Source: a virus
Taxonomy: Duplodnaviria; Caudoviricetes
DNA length: 64,000 nt
Direction: 5' to 3' (one strand)
Virus record (IMG/VR): IMGVR_UViG_3300042542_003356
Coordinates: 1,706-65,705 of that record
Shown: piece by piece, positions 29,328 through 38,656 of the stretch
Layout: each line of letters starts with the position of its first letter
Position numbering within the stretch: the stretch's first letter is position 1
Notes under the pieces: model-generated
Told to the model about the DNA's origin: nothing
What the model saw: only the letters and a program-made list of their open reading frames with translations
Databases searched by the model: none
Translations under genes and position numbers: made by a program

Positions 29328-30695
29328 TTATGCTCCAGAACGGATTACTGATGCCATTGAATACTTGGTTGCATCAAGGGCAGCACTTGAGTTAGTTGTT
29401 AGTGCCTTCATGTCTAGGCGTGTGCTCATGTAGATTGCAGTTAGCTGACGACGTGGATCGTATTCGCTCTCAATCTCCATTGCACGGCGCTCAGCTACTA
29501 GGAACCCTGGCTTGTATACTAGTAGACCGATGTGACGGTCTGCACCGCCTACAACGTCTAGGAACTCAGTGATCATAACTGGAATTCCGTATACAGCTCC
29601 AAGAGCACCTGTTAGATAGGTTGCGTTTGGACCGAACTTATCAACTGTGCGGAAGTCTGAATTTGATACTAGCTCGTTATATCCTTCAATAGTTGTTAGA
29701 TATACTAGGTGATCTCCTAGCTGTAGACCGTATTTACCTAATACGGCACGTGCGCTAGCAATGTTAGCTGGGGTAGCCTTGGTTGCGTTACCGCCGGTCT
29801 GAACACGGAGACCAGAGATATCATTGGCTAGGGTTGCAATTCCCTTGAATACTGCAGCATAACCAGTTCCTGCTGTGATAGCATTAGTTGGTGAAGCAGT
29901 GAACCCGCTTAGTGAACCGTCACCGCGTAGTAGAGCCTTGTCGATTGCACGGCCCATACGACGCATAGAAGCGGTACGTAGGAAGTCTAGTAGAGGAAGA
30001 ATTGTATCTTCTTCTTCGTCCTTAGCTAGGTGTGTTGTAGCCATGAACTTGTGAGGTGTGAAGTCTACAGACTTAATTGTGCTCTGGTTTGAAGTTGGCA
30101 CGTTGGTAGCGTCGGCAATACCTGTGGTATATGTTCCGCTAGCGAACTGTGCTACATCACCATCGGTGTCTTCGTCAGCAACTGGGACTCTGAAAGTCTT
30201 TGCGTCTACTGACATACGACGTAGCATTTTAGCAACAACTAGTTCCTGCTGTAGTTCAGTATAAACATCTGAGCTAAAGTTTGATAGGAACTGATCTACA
30301 GTTGTTACTGCCTTCATACGAGCACCTAGCTTGGTGTCGAATACAGATTCCTTGCGAAGTGCCTTAGATAGTAGGTAGGCATTAGCAAGTTCACGCTGAG
30401 TGAACTGAGAAGCACGTGACTGCTCCTGGAATACCATCTTGCTGTTCTGTAGTGCAGCAATTTCGTCTTTGTACTTCTTGATCTGAGCCTGAAGTTCAGC
30501 AGCCTTTTCAGATTCACGAGGAGTATACTCACCGTACTTATCCTTTGCGTCTGCTTCCTTGATGATAGCTTCACCAGTCTTTTCAACTAGCTCAGCAACA
30601 CGAGGCTCGGCAACCTTAGCTGTGGCAGTAGCCTCAGCCTTGGTTTCAGCAGTAGAACCAATAACAACTGGTTCGTCAACAGCCTGAGTAGCCAT
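29328..30695 (-). CDS. major capsid protein (HK97 fold, T5-like) from an internal start
   Basis: AAGGAGA SD then ATG (MATQAVDEP) at 30695 gives 455 aa; EEEDTILPLL, DKFGPNAT and YGIPV motifs. Confidence 0.85.
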   Translation of the reverse strand: MATQAVDEPVVIGSTAETKAEATATAKVAEPRVAELVEKTGEAIIKEADAKDKYGEYTPRESEKAAELQAQIKKYKDEIAALQNSKMVFQEQSRASQFTQRELANAYLLSKALRKESVFDTKLGARMKAVTTVDQFLSNFSSDVYTELQQELVVAKMLRRMSVDAKTFRVPVADEDTDGDVAQFASGTYTTGIADATNVPTSNQSTIKSVDFTPHKFMATTHLAKDEEEDTILPLLDFLRTASMRRMGRAIDKALLRGDGSLSGFTASPTNAITAGTGYAAVFKGIATLANDISGLRVQTGGNATKATPANIASARAVLGKYGLQLGDHLVYLTTIEGYNELVSNSDFRTVDKFGPNATYLTGALGAVYGIPVMITEFLDVVGGADRHIGLLVYKPGFLVAERRAMEIESEYDPRRQLTAIYMSTRLDMKALTTNSSAALDATKYSMASVIRSGA

Positions 30696-32189
30696 ATTTA
30701 ATTTCTCCTTTGTTTGAGCTTCTAAATGACCGTGAAGCTTTAGCATTATTTGTCGCATAGATGCTTCACTGTGCTCAATTTCTTTCAATTTATGAATAAC
30801 TTGACAAATTCTATTTGCGACTACAAAGTCAGAATCAGTCCAGTTTTTAGTAGATACTAAGTTTATTGTTTTGTTTAGTTTTTCTTGTAGAGTTGGGTTA
30901 GTTTTTACTAGGTTGTCTGTTTTGAGATCATATAGATCTTTTTCGGTTACGTTATTTAAGTTTTTAAAGTTTGTTAGGATAGTCTGTTTTGTATCTTCAT
31001 CTAAACTGAGTTCTTCGATCTCTGCTAGCTGAATATCAAAATTTGTTCCTACATCCCATATATTTAACACTTCTAGGGAAGTAGCGTCAATGTTTAAAAT
31101 TTTATCAAGATGCTGTCCCTGTAAATCTACTTGTTTAAACTGGAAACTTGGACTATCCGAAGTAGCAATCTTAGTAATTACATACCTCTCACCTTTTAGC
31201 TGAACAAATTGTCCATTAGCTAGTGCTCCAGTGCTTGCGCTTAATAGATTTACAAAAGGAATTGGCTCGTAAGGATCTGTTTCTTCTACAGTATCTTCTT
31301 CGGCTTGTTCAGAATCTTTTGTCTCTACTGTTTTCTGCACAGTATCTTCTGTTCCACTCATTAAAAAGATATTAGGAACGCTTTCCTCTTCTTCGTCTTC
31401 TTGCTCTGCGTGAACCGCGGTAGTAAGAATTCTGTGAGTGTGGCCTTCTGCAGCCTGAATTTGGCCATTAATTATCTGATGAACGTGCTCTCTAGAATCA
31501 GAGCCGAAAATAGTAGCGCCATCGTCTGTATCTGTCATTTGGAAAATATGATAGTGTCCCATATCACGAGTAGTTATACCAATTCTATATGGGCCTTCGT
31601 TTTCTAAGATAGCTTTCTCTTCTGAAGTCATAGAAGCTTTAATCTCTTCTTCTTCTTTTGCATCTTGAACTGGAAAAGACTTTTTAAAGGTCTCATACTC
31701 TTCTTGATTTTCAAAATTCTTCTTTACAGAGAAAAGACTTTCCTGGTTAGCAGGAACACTTACAACGCTGATTTCTAGTAATTCAACATCAGATATAACG
31801 AATGTATCGTTAGCCTTATCTAGTTTTCCGTCTTTTACTAGAAAACCTACGCTAAAACTTTTTAGGGCTCCGTCTTTTATGAGACTATGAACCCCGTGTA
31901 ATTTTTCAGCAGCTTCACTAACGGAAGCCTCAATGAACATACCTTTTTTATCAACAGTTACTTTGTCTACTCTGCCGATCGGATTTTCGTGTTTGTGCTG
32001 ATATAATAAAACAGGATTCTTACGAAACCTGTCTATTCCCTTAGCCCATGCTGCTGGAAGTACAACATCACCTGCGCGATCCTTATCTACAGTATTAGCA
32101 TAGCCAGCAATTTTTAAACTTTTGCTACCTGTTTTCTTCTGTACAGAATTCGCTTCAAATGAGGCACTTAAGTAAAATTTCTTATCCAT
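29328..32189 (-). CDS. prohead protease fused in frame to the major capsid protein
   Basis: HK97-type protease (IAGYANT..DR.GD, LLYQH, SFSVGF, LLEISVVSVPANQ), a His-rich linker and a T5-like capsid, with no intervening stop. Confidence 0.85.
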   Translation of the reverse strand: MDKKFYLSASFEANSVQKKTGSKSLKIAGYANTVDKDRAGDVVLPAAWAKGIDRFRKNPVLLYQHKHENPIGRVDKVTVDKKGMFIEASVSEAAEKLHGVHSLIKDGALKSFSVGFLVKDGKLDKANDTFVISDVELLEISVVSVPANQESLFSVKKNFENQEEYETFKKSFPVQDAKEEEEIKASMTSEEKAILENEGPYRIGITTRDMGHYHIFQMTDTDDGATIFGSDSREHVHQIINGQIQAAEGHTHRILTTAVHAEQEDEEEESVPNIFLMSGTEDTVQKTVETKDSEQAEEDTVEETDPYEPIPFVNLLSASTGALANGQFVQLKGERYVITKIATSDSPSFQFKQVDLQGQHLDKILNIDATSLEVLNIWDVGTNFDIQLAEIEELSLDEDTKQTILTNFKNLNNVTEKDLYDLKTDNLVKTNPTLQEKLNKTINLVSTKNWTDSDFVVANRICQVIHKLKEIEHSEASMRQIMLKLHGHLEAQTKEKLNMATQAVDEPVVIGSTAETKAEATATAKVAEPRVAELVEKTGEAIIKEADAKDKYGEYTPRESEKAAELQAQIKKYKDEIAALQNSKMVFQEQSRASQFTQRELANAYLLSKALRKESVFDTKLGARMKAVTTVDQFLSNFSSDVYTELQQELVVAKMLRRMSVDAKTFRVPVADEDTDGDVAQFASGTYTTGIADATNVPTSNQSTIKSVDFTPHKFMATTHLAKDEEEDTILPLLDFLRTASMRRMGRAIDKALLRGDGSLSGFTASPTNAITAGTGYAAVFKGIATLANDISGLRVQTGGNATKATPANIASARAVLGKYGLQLGDHLVYLTTIEGYNELVSNSDFRTVDKFGPNATYLTGALGAVYGIPVMITEFLDVVGGADRHIGLLVYKPGFLVAERRAMEIESEYDPRRQLTAIYMSTRLDMKALTTNSSAALDATKYSMASVIRSGA

Positions 32190-33465
32190 TAGTCGATCCT
32201 TGTGTGTTTGTATCCTCTAAGGGAGTAACTGTTGTAGGCTCTGTTCTATCTTCTTCTACCGGTCTACCGCCCTGAGAAGGGTCTGTAGCACTACCTACTA
32301 TATTTTGAGGCACCCTTATCTTATCCATTTCTGGATCTGTAGATCTTGATAGTCTTAAACCTTCTCTAGCTTCGTTAGGAGATATGATACCTCCATTTAC
32401 TAGAGTAGTATAATACATAGCCTGAGTTTTATTATCTGGTTGTAGAGCAGAGATCGCATACTTATCTGGATATATTTTTACATCTCCCGCAAAGTATAAC
32501 TGAAAGGCGCTACAATAACTATGTAGTATAGGTAGAACAACGTGATTATATAGAAGTCTTTCGTTTACTTCTATGTTAGCATTATTACCGCTTTTTAGTA
32601 AGACATAAGGTACACCTAACGCCTTACACATATCTTGCTGTAATCTATCAACTGAAGCTTCGAAATCTAGTTCTCTGAAGTTGATGTTACTAAACTTTTC
32701 AATTTTTAAACCACCGTCTAGGATGGCTGGACTTCTAGCTCCCTGAAATACGTTAGAATAAGTATTTCTCCAGGCTTCTAGTAGTCTTTCTTTTACCTTC
32801 TGACTTAGTACAGAATCTGTCTGTAAAACCATGCCAGGTATTGCATTATTTTTGAAGAACTGTCTTTGGAAGTCTGTTAAAGCATAATACAGCTCTATCA
32901 GTCTTCTAAGAGGCTTTAACCTAGAGGAACCTCTAAAGATTGAATCTTCATTATCTGATTTTACATGGATAATCTCATCCGGGTCAAAGTTTATATTATT
33001 AACTTTTGGCTTATCAAAACCGTAAAGAACCGAACCACTTCTGAGTTGATATTGATAATTTTTAACGAAAGTCTTTTCATCGGGCTGAATAGCTACTTCG
33101 TTAGCAGGTAATGCATATAGAGATGTTCCATCATAGTAAAAAAAGGCATTACCATCTAGCATAAAATCTAGGAAAGATCTGCGAAATATTCTATTTCTAT
33201 CTTCAAAAGGATTAGGAGTTATATTTAAAAGTTTATTTAATTTTTTAGGAGCTGCACCACCGTCTATGGTCAATGGCACATTTGCACAAGCGTTGATAAT
33301 AATGTCTACAGCGCGACGTATTACTTCTACGTCACGATAAGCTCTTTCAAAATCAACTATTGTTTCAGGTACTTGATAACCAGCGTCTCTAGCGATAGAG
33401 GGCTGAACTGGATTTAGCTTTTCAGCCACCCATGCTCTAGTACGTCCTAAAAATGTATCACTCAA
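32182..33465 (-). CDS. portal protein (HK97/T5 family)
   Basis: PNPF, LDGNAF, EIIH, FFKNNAIPG, ALGVP and ISPNEAR. Confidence 0.93.
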   Translation of the reverse strand: MSDTFLGRTRAWVAEKLNPVQPSIARDAGYQVPETIVDFERAYRDVEVIRRAVDIIINACANVPLTIDGGAAPKKLNKLLNITPNPFEDRNRIFRRSFLDFMLDGNAFFYYDGTSLYALPANEVAIQPDEKTFVKNYQYQLRSGSVLYGFDKPKVNNINFDPDEIIHVKSDNEDSIFRGSSRLKPLRRLIELYYALTDFQRQFFKNNAIPGMVLQTDSVLSQKVKERLLEAWRNTYSNVFQGARSPAILDGGLKIEKFSNINFRELDFEASVDRLQQDMCKALGVPYVLLKSGNNANIEVNERLLYNHVVLPILHSYCSAFQLYFAGDVKIYPDKYAISALQPDNKTQAMYYTTLVNGGIISPNEAREGLRLSRSTDPEMDKIRVPQNIVGSATDPSQGGRPVEEDRTEPTTVTPLEDTNTQGSTNG

Positions 33466-33483
33466 GGTTATACCTCATACAAT

Positions 33484-33512
33484 ATGATAACAGTGTATAA
33501 TATTGTTGTCTA
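33484..33512 (-). promoter_or_regulatory. sigma70-type promoter for the portal gene
   Basis: TAGACA, 17 bp spacer, TATCAT, with an A-tract upstream. Confidence 0.55.
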
Positions 33513-33533
33513 AACTTTTTTATTTACTTTGTC

Positions 33534-34796
33534 TTATCCGTAGATACTTACTTTATTTTTAGCGTGTGTATAGATAGCGTATCTAAGTGCATCACAACAA
33601 TGAGAAGCCCAATCATGTAGAGGTTTTTCTTTCTCACCTCTATCATTCCATCTATATGCACACATAGACTGATAGGTTTTAGGAACCGTAGAGCTAAAAA
33701 CTAATCTATTATGTTCAAGTAAAACTTGTAAATGCGTTATACCTTCATTTTGATACTTATTAGCGTTTTCGCAGTAAATATCATATTCATATGCAAGGTC
33801 TGCTTTCATTTGCTGAGCCGCACTATCTATGTAGATAGAATTAACTCCCCAATGATCTATAAGTTCTCTAAAATGTTCTGCATGAGTAGAGGTAGTAGCT
33901 TCTTTACTAATATACTCATCTACTACATAGAAATTCTCACCATCTGTAGCCACTACTAAGAATACGGTTTCGTCTCTATATCCAAGGTCTAATCCACCGA
34001 TAAAATCAAATCGACTATCTTTAGGTTGTATATCAGACAGGTCTAATAAATGTCTAGTCTCATCCACTGCATATATCTGACCTTCGAAAGTAGACCACTC
34101 ACATTCATACTCTTGTTTAAAGAGCTGTTCAGACATAATACTACGAGCTTCTTCGATATCCGTTATTGAAAGACGTGGATTAGCTCTCCAAGTATATAGA
34201 GAGCTACCCCACTCAGAATAGCGCTCGTCAGGACCACGATTAAAATACTCATAGATGTAATTGTTTTTTCCGCGAGGAGTAGTAATAAAGAGAGCCCTAG
34301 AATCATTAAAGGTAGAAAGAGCAGGGCGTAAGTCTCTGGTAAAATACTCATCATCATCTATGACTGCTGCCTCGTCTACAATTAAAAAATTAGCCGCTCT
34401 ACCAACAAGAGAGTCTCTATTGTTAGCAGAAAGCAGCCTAAACGTAGAACCATTAATAAGTTTTATTACTTTATCTTTTTGATTGAAACGATCACATTCT
34501 ATCTTAAGTTCTTGTATTAAATCTGTTACATAATCCCAAATAATAGAACTTAGGGTAAAGTTAGGAGCCACTACAATAACTTGTTGATTAGGCTCAAGTA
34601 GTTTAGCTAGTGCAAGGATAGATGCGCCAAAGCTCTTACCTGTACGACGCGCAGCAATATGCACCCAAAATCGGTGTTCTTCAAGGCCTTTAAAAAGACC
34701 CCATTGAGAATCGTTAAATATTACTTTTTCATCTCTAGCATACCTAGAGGGTATTTTTTCAAGTAACTTCTGAATATTAAGTTTAAAAAACGGCAT
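33534..34796 (-). CDS. terminase large subunit
   Basis: Walker A ARRTGKS, Walker B LIVDEAA, ITTPRGKN, FKQEY, GLDLG and HCCDALRY. Confidence 0.95.
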   Translation of the reverse strand: MPFFKLNIQKLLEKIPSRYARDEKVIFNDSQWGLFKGLEEHRFWVHIAARRTGKSFGASILALAKLLEPNQQVIVVAPNFTLSSIIWDYVTDLIQELKIECDRFNQKDKVIKLINGSTFRLLSANNRDSLVGRAANFLIVDEAAVIDDDEYFTRDLRPALSTFNDSRALFITTPRGKNNYIYEYFNRGPDERYSEWGSSLYTWRANPRLSITDIEEARSIMSEQLFKQEYECEWSTFEGQIYAVDETRHLLDLSDIQPKDSRFDFIGGLDLGYRDETVFLVVATDGENFYVVDEYISKEATTSTHAEHFRELIDHWGVNSIYIDSAAQQMKADLAYEYDIYCENANKYQNEGITHLQVLLEHNRLVFSSTVPKTYQSMCAYRWNDRGEKEKPLHDWASHCCDALRYAIYTHAKNKVSIYG

Positions 34797-35074
34797 TAAA
34801 TAAGTCTAAATGTTTTGAGTATAAAAATGAAGAACGTAAACGTTCCAGCTCCTGCTCCTAGTAACCAGACTGTAGTAGAGATAGATGTTTTACCTTGCAC
34901 GGCTATAGTAGACAATGTTTCTAGTTTAGCGGCAAGAGCGGCTATCTGACTATTACTAAATTCTAATTTTTCTAAAATCTGTTCATATCTTAAAGTGCAT
35001 AGAGCCTCGTGAGTCTCTAATCTAGCCTTATTATTATAGGCAATTTCTTTAATCTTATCTACATCATCACTCAT
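34796..35074 (-). CDS. coiled-coil protein with a C-terminal TM segment (holin/XhlA-like?)
   Basis: HEALCTLRY motif, coiled coil and a hydrophobic C-terminus. Confidence 0.5.
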   Translation of the reverse strand: MSDDVDKIKEIAYNNKARLETHEALCTLRYEQILEKLEFSNSQIAALAAKLETLSTIAVQGKTSISTTVWLLGAGAGTFTFFIFILKTFRLI

Positions 35075-35730
35075 TGTAAATGCCTCATAAGTTCTTTGAC
35101 AAGATGGCTTCTAACAACATCATCTTGATAAAAACGCACTATTGATACGCTGGCACAATTAGACAATCGTCTAACTGCCCACTCTAATCCATTATCATGT
35201 CTAAGATCACTTTGATCGAGATCTCCCGTAATAGCTACTTTTACACCTTCACCAAACCTAGTTAAAAACATCATCATCTGATCTCGGGTGCTATTTTGAG
35301 CCTCGTCTAGGATGACAAAGCTCTTATTAAAAGTTCTACCACGCATGAATGCTAGTGGAGCTAGTTCTATCTCGCCAGACTGTATCATCGAATCTAGCTT
35401 CTTAACGCCAAACCTCTGTTCAAGGCAATCGAACAGAGGTCGCATATAAGGATCTAATTTTTCTTCAAGAGTTCCAGGTAGAAAGCCAAAACTCTCATTG
35501 GTAACTGCAGGTCTTACTAGGATAATCTTATCTACTAGGCCTCGCTCGTATTCCCAAGCTGCTTGATATGCTGCTATATATGTTTTACCGCTTCCGGCGC
35601 TGCCTAATCCGATGGTAATCGGATAGTCTTGTAAGCTGCTGTAGTATCTTCTTTGATTTTCTGTTTTAGGTATAAGACTTTTTTGATACCTAGGTTGTTC
35701 TTCAGGTTGTTGCTTGTACTTTTTAGACAT
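35071..35730 (-). CDS. phoH: PhoH-like ATPase
   Basis: GSAGSGKT, GFLPG, LAFMRGRTF, ILDEAQN, LTR.GE and GDLDQSD. Confidence 0.95.
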   Translation of the reverse strand: MSKKYKQQPEEQPRYQKSLIPKTENQRRYYSSLQDYPITIGLGSAGSGKTYIAAYQAAWEYERGLVDKIILVRPAVTNESFGFLPGTLEEKLDPYMRPLFDCLEQRFGVKKLDSMIQSGEIELAPLAFMRGRTFNKSFVILDEAQNSTRDQMMMFLTRFGEGVKVAITGDLDQSDLRHDNGLEWAVRRLSNCASVSIVRFYQDDVVRSHLVKELMRHLQ

Positions 35731-35737
35731 TAAAGAT

Positions 35738-35766
35738 ATAATAACTTTCTTATTTATAACTGTAAA
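35738..35766 (-). promoter_or_regulatory. sigma70-type promoter, probably leaderless phoH mRNA
   Basis: TTTACA, 17 bp spacer, TATTAT, then 7 nt to the ATG with no SD. Confidence 0.55.
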
Positions 35767-35781
35767 ATGTTAATTATTTAA

Positions 35782-36417
35782 TTAAGAAGATTTAAACCTT
35801 AGGTAAGATCTTTCTATGGAATCCCATTGCAGATTTAATATTTTTTTAATTTCTTCTTTTATCTCTTCTGCATTATCAGGAAGATCACTAAAAGTATGAT
35901 CTGTATCTTTTATAAAGCCTAAGTCTTCGTATATTAAATCTAAATTATAAGTAAAAGGTAAGTTATTAAGTAAAAAATCATTTCTTAATATACCACTAGA
36001 TACATAAACTAAATGTTTTAAATCTATAGGTATGGAGTACACTTGTTTAGTTTCAGTTTTTAATTTAGCATATTTTTCTCTTTTATCAGCTACATATAGA
36101 CTCAATATCTGTTCTACTTTATTTCGTCTATTTAGCTTTATTTTAAAATAAGAACTTTTAGCCATCTGCTCATAACAATTAAATTCTGTAATCTGACCGG
36201 CCATAAATTTTAAAACAAAATCTTTTCTTTTACTCAAAATAAAATTAATAAAATCTTTTTTATGTTGAGGGAAAGATAAGACGTTATGATTATCAAAAGG
36301 TTCTATAAAACATTTAAGACCGTATTTATTAGCTAGATGAAACGCTAATGCGGTTGATCCAGATCTACAATTTGCTATGATAATTATAGGAGCAGAATTA
36401 ATACAGATATCAATCAT
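35782..36417 (-). CDS. sulfotransferase-like (Stf0-type) protein
   Basis: CRSGSTAL PAPS-binding loop, EPF, LNRRNKVEQILS and YEDL. Confidence 0.65.
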   Translation of the reverse strand: MIDICINSAPIIIIANCRSGSTALAFHLANKYGLKCFIEPFDNHNVLSFPQHKKDFINFILSKRKDFVLKFMAGQITEFNCYEQMAKSSYFKIKLNRRNKVEQILSLYVADKREKYAKLKTETKQVYSIPIDLKHLVYVSSGILRNDFLLNNLPFTYNLDLIYEDLGFIKDTDHTFSDLPDNAEEIKEEIKKILNLQWDSIERSYLRFKSS

Positions 36418-37673
36418 GAAAAGTATTTTATGTAATATCTTTTACTAGGTAAGCCTTTACATAAATTATGTAAAAAATCTCTTTTATCTACGTATTTAAA
36501 TAAATTCTGATATAAGAAATCTACAAACTTATCATAATTTATAGAAGCTAAAGAATTTTTACTATCTACATACAGTTTCATATTAAGAGGTTCTACCATA
36601 TCTACATATCCAGGAATTATACCAGTTTTACTAAGTTCTTTTAATATAGGATAATCATCGTATCTACTTAGCAAATCACTTATTTTTAAACCCATATAAG
36701 GTAATTTTGTTTTAAAACTATATAAAACCTTAGCAAGTTCGTTTTCATTTTTTCTACTAGAAGCTGGAGATTTAGGATTATTAAAAAAATCTTTAGAAAA
36801 ATTTTTATGAATAACGTGCGCTCTTTTTAAAAACATATCTGCAAAGCATGGGTGTATATAAAATAATTCATGATTATTAGGAATATTTTCTGTTGTTAAT
36901 AAATGCTGTAAATCAATTCTACTGCGAATAGTATGATCTTCTAAAACAAAAAATACGCCTGTATCATCATAGACCAGGTGTGGTTTTTCTAATCCCCATA
37001 TGTGAGCAGTATTCTTTTTCTGCTTTAAATCTTTGCATTCTTTAGAAAAATTAGGATTTCTAGATCTAACTATATGTCTATGAGTTAACATAACACTAGC
37101 ATTTCCCTTTATATCTTCTAAAAAATTTTTTTCATTTATATTTTCCCAGAATGTTTTATGTATTTTATAAAAATTGTCTATATAAGTAATTTTTGTAGCA
37201 GGAGAATATGTTTCTACTAGATATTTTGCTATAGGAATTGCACTTCTTTGTGCTTCGTAAAACTCTGGAAACATAGCAAAAGTGGTTGAATCGTTGTTAT
37301 ATAGAGAATCAATAGTACCTTCGTCGAAATGACTATAGATAAAAATCTCATCCAAAAAAATACCATTAAGCATAAAAGTTTCTAGAATTTGGTGACTATC
37401 AGGACCTCCACTATAATTAAGTATCAGATAGTCGTAATTATTTCTTAAATGAATAGCTCTATCCAGATAAAATTCTTGAAGACTTTTTTCTGGCTCTACT
37501 AAGAGGTCTAATCTATCTAACGCCATTTCAAAATTAAATAAACACCAACTTATATTTTTAGTTATATCTTTCCCATTGGAAGCCATATATGCTGCTGCAG
37601 CAGCAAAAATTTTACTATTATATTTATGGTCTTTATATTGGTAAAAATTATAATATGGATGTGTTTCTATCAT
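36414..37673 (-). CDS. PP-loop (adenine nucleotide alpha-hydrolase) protein, subfamily B
   Basis: YDYLILNYSGGPDSH. Confidence 0.75.
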   Translation of the reverse strand: MIETHPYYNFYQYKDHKYNSKIFAAAAAYMASNGKDITKNISWCLFNFEMALDRLDLLVEPEKSLQEFYLDRAIHLRNNYDYLILNYSGGPDSHQILETFMLNGIFLDEIFIYSHFDEGTIDSLYNNDSTTFAMFPEFYEAQRSAIPIAKYLVETYSPATKITYIDNFYKIHKTFWENINEKNFLEDIKGNASVMLTHRHIVRSRNPNFSKECKDLKQKKNTAHIWGLEKPHLVYDDTGVFFVLEDHTIRSRIDLQHLLTTENIPNNHELFYIHPCFADMFLKRAHVIHKNFSKDFFNNPKSPASSRKNENELAKVLYSFKTKLPYMGLKISDLLSRYDDYPILKELSKTGIIPGYVDMVEPLNMKLYVDSKNSLASINYDKFVDFLYQNLFKYVDKRDFLHNLCKGLPSKRYYIKYFS

Positions 37674-37779
37674 TTGTATAATAAATCTTATGTATAATCA
37701 AGATACATAATAAACATAAAATTATAATATTTATTTCGCTCGATAAAAATATAGTTAACTCTCCTTTAGATAGCATCAT
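37648..37779 (-). CDS. 43-aa hydrophobic peptide
   Basis: Translated by hand: MMLSKGELTIFLSSEINIIILCLLCILIIHKIYYTNDRNTSIL; fills the intergenic gap. Confidence 0.35.
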   Translation of the reverse strand: MMLSKGELTIFLSSEINIIILCLLCILIIHKIYYTNDRNTSIL

Positions 37780-37788
37780 AAGTCCTAC

Positions 37789-38646
37789 TTAAAATCTAGA
37801 TAAAAACTTATTAAATAATGTAACCCTCTCTTCTTCAGTTTTATAACTAATTAAAGAATCATCGTAACCTCTTTTTTGTCGTAAACTTACAGATTCTAGA
37901 GAACTCCATGATCTATGTAATCTATCTCTAAAGTTTTTTATCTGTTCGTTTGATAGGTTTTTATGTAGAATAACAGATTCTTCGTATAAATTATCGTACA
38001 ACATCTTTGAGCTTTGAATGGTAGGTATAGAAGTATTGTCTAACTGTGAAACATTCCAAATACACTTATTTTTAAAAAATTCTAACCCACTTAAGCCTGT
38101 CCTAAATCCGAAATCTAATTCTTGTGATTTTGCAAGCGTCATAAATTCAGCGTTAGTATTAATTCTAACATACTTTAATTTAATTCCGTATATATCTGAA
38201 AGTTTAGTTAAGAATTGTTCTGGTAGGAATGTAGTAGTTGCAGTAATTCCTATAACATGGCTACTATTCGGTTTTATCAAATCTTCCCACGATTTAGAAC
38301 TAATAGAACATAGTTCAACAGGTGCAGAATAATTTATAAATAGTAAATTATCACTATTAAATTTCATATAGCACAATAAATTGTTTTTATCTGAGGAACC
38401 ATCTATATTAGTAGTTAAAACATACATAGTAGGTTGATTAGAATTATTCCATAGTATTTTACTCAAAGCACAATTTGAATTAGTATGCGTAACACTTATT
38501 TTATAGTCAGAAAACTGTTTAACATATTCTTGTAGAAGTTGACTGTTAATACCTGTAGAGGATCCATTATTGATAAGCATCAGTTCTTTTGCGAAAACCG
38601 GTTGCATAAAAATAGTTATAATAAACGTAAGTATAATTTTTAACAT
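37789..38646 (-). CDS. TctC/Bug-like periplasmic binding protein, paralog 2
   Basis: Signal peptide; paralogous to 44112-44990 (NCAL.K.LW, WEDL, QE.DF.FR.G, RGYD). Confidence 0.55.
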   Translation of the reverse strand: MLKIILTFIITIFMQPVFAKELMLINNGSSTGINSQLLQEYVKQFSDYKISVTHTNSNCALSKILWNNSNQPTMYVLTTNIDGSSDKNNLLCYMKFNSDNLLFINYSAPVELCSISSKSWEDLIKPNSSHVIGITATTTFLPEQFLTKLSDIYGIKLKYVRINTNAEFMTLAKSQELDFGFRTGLSGLEFFKNKCIWNVSQLDNTSIPTIQSSKMLYDNLYEESVILHKNLSNEQIKNFRDRLHRSWSSLESVSLRQKRGYDDSLISYKTEEERVTLFNKFLSRF

Positions 38647-38656
38647 ATAACACCTC

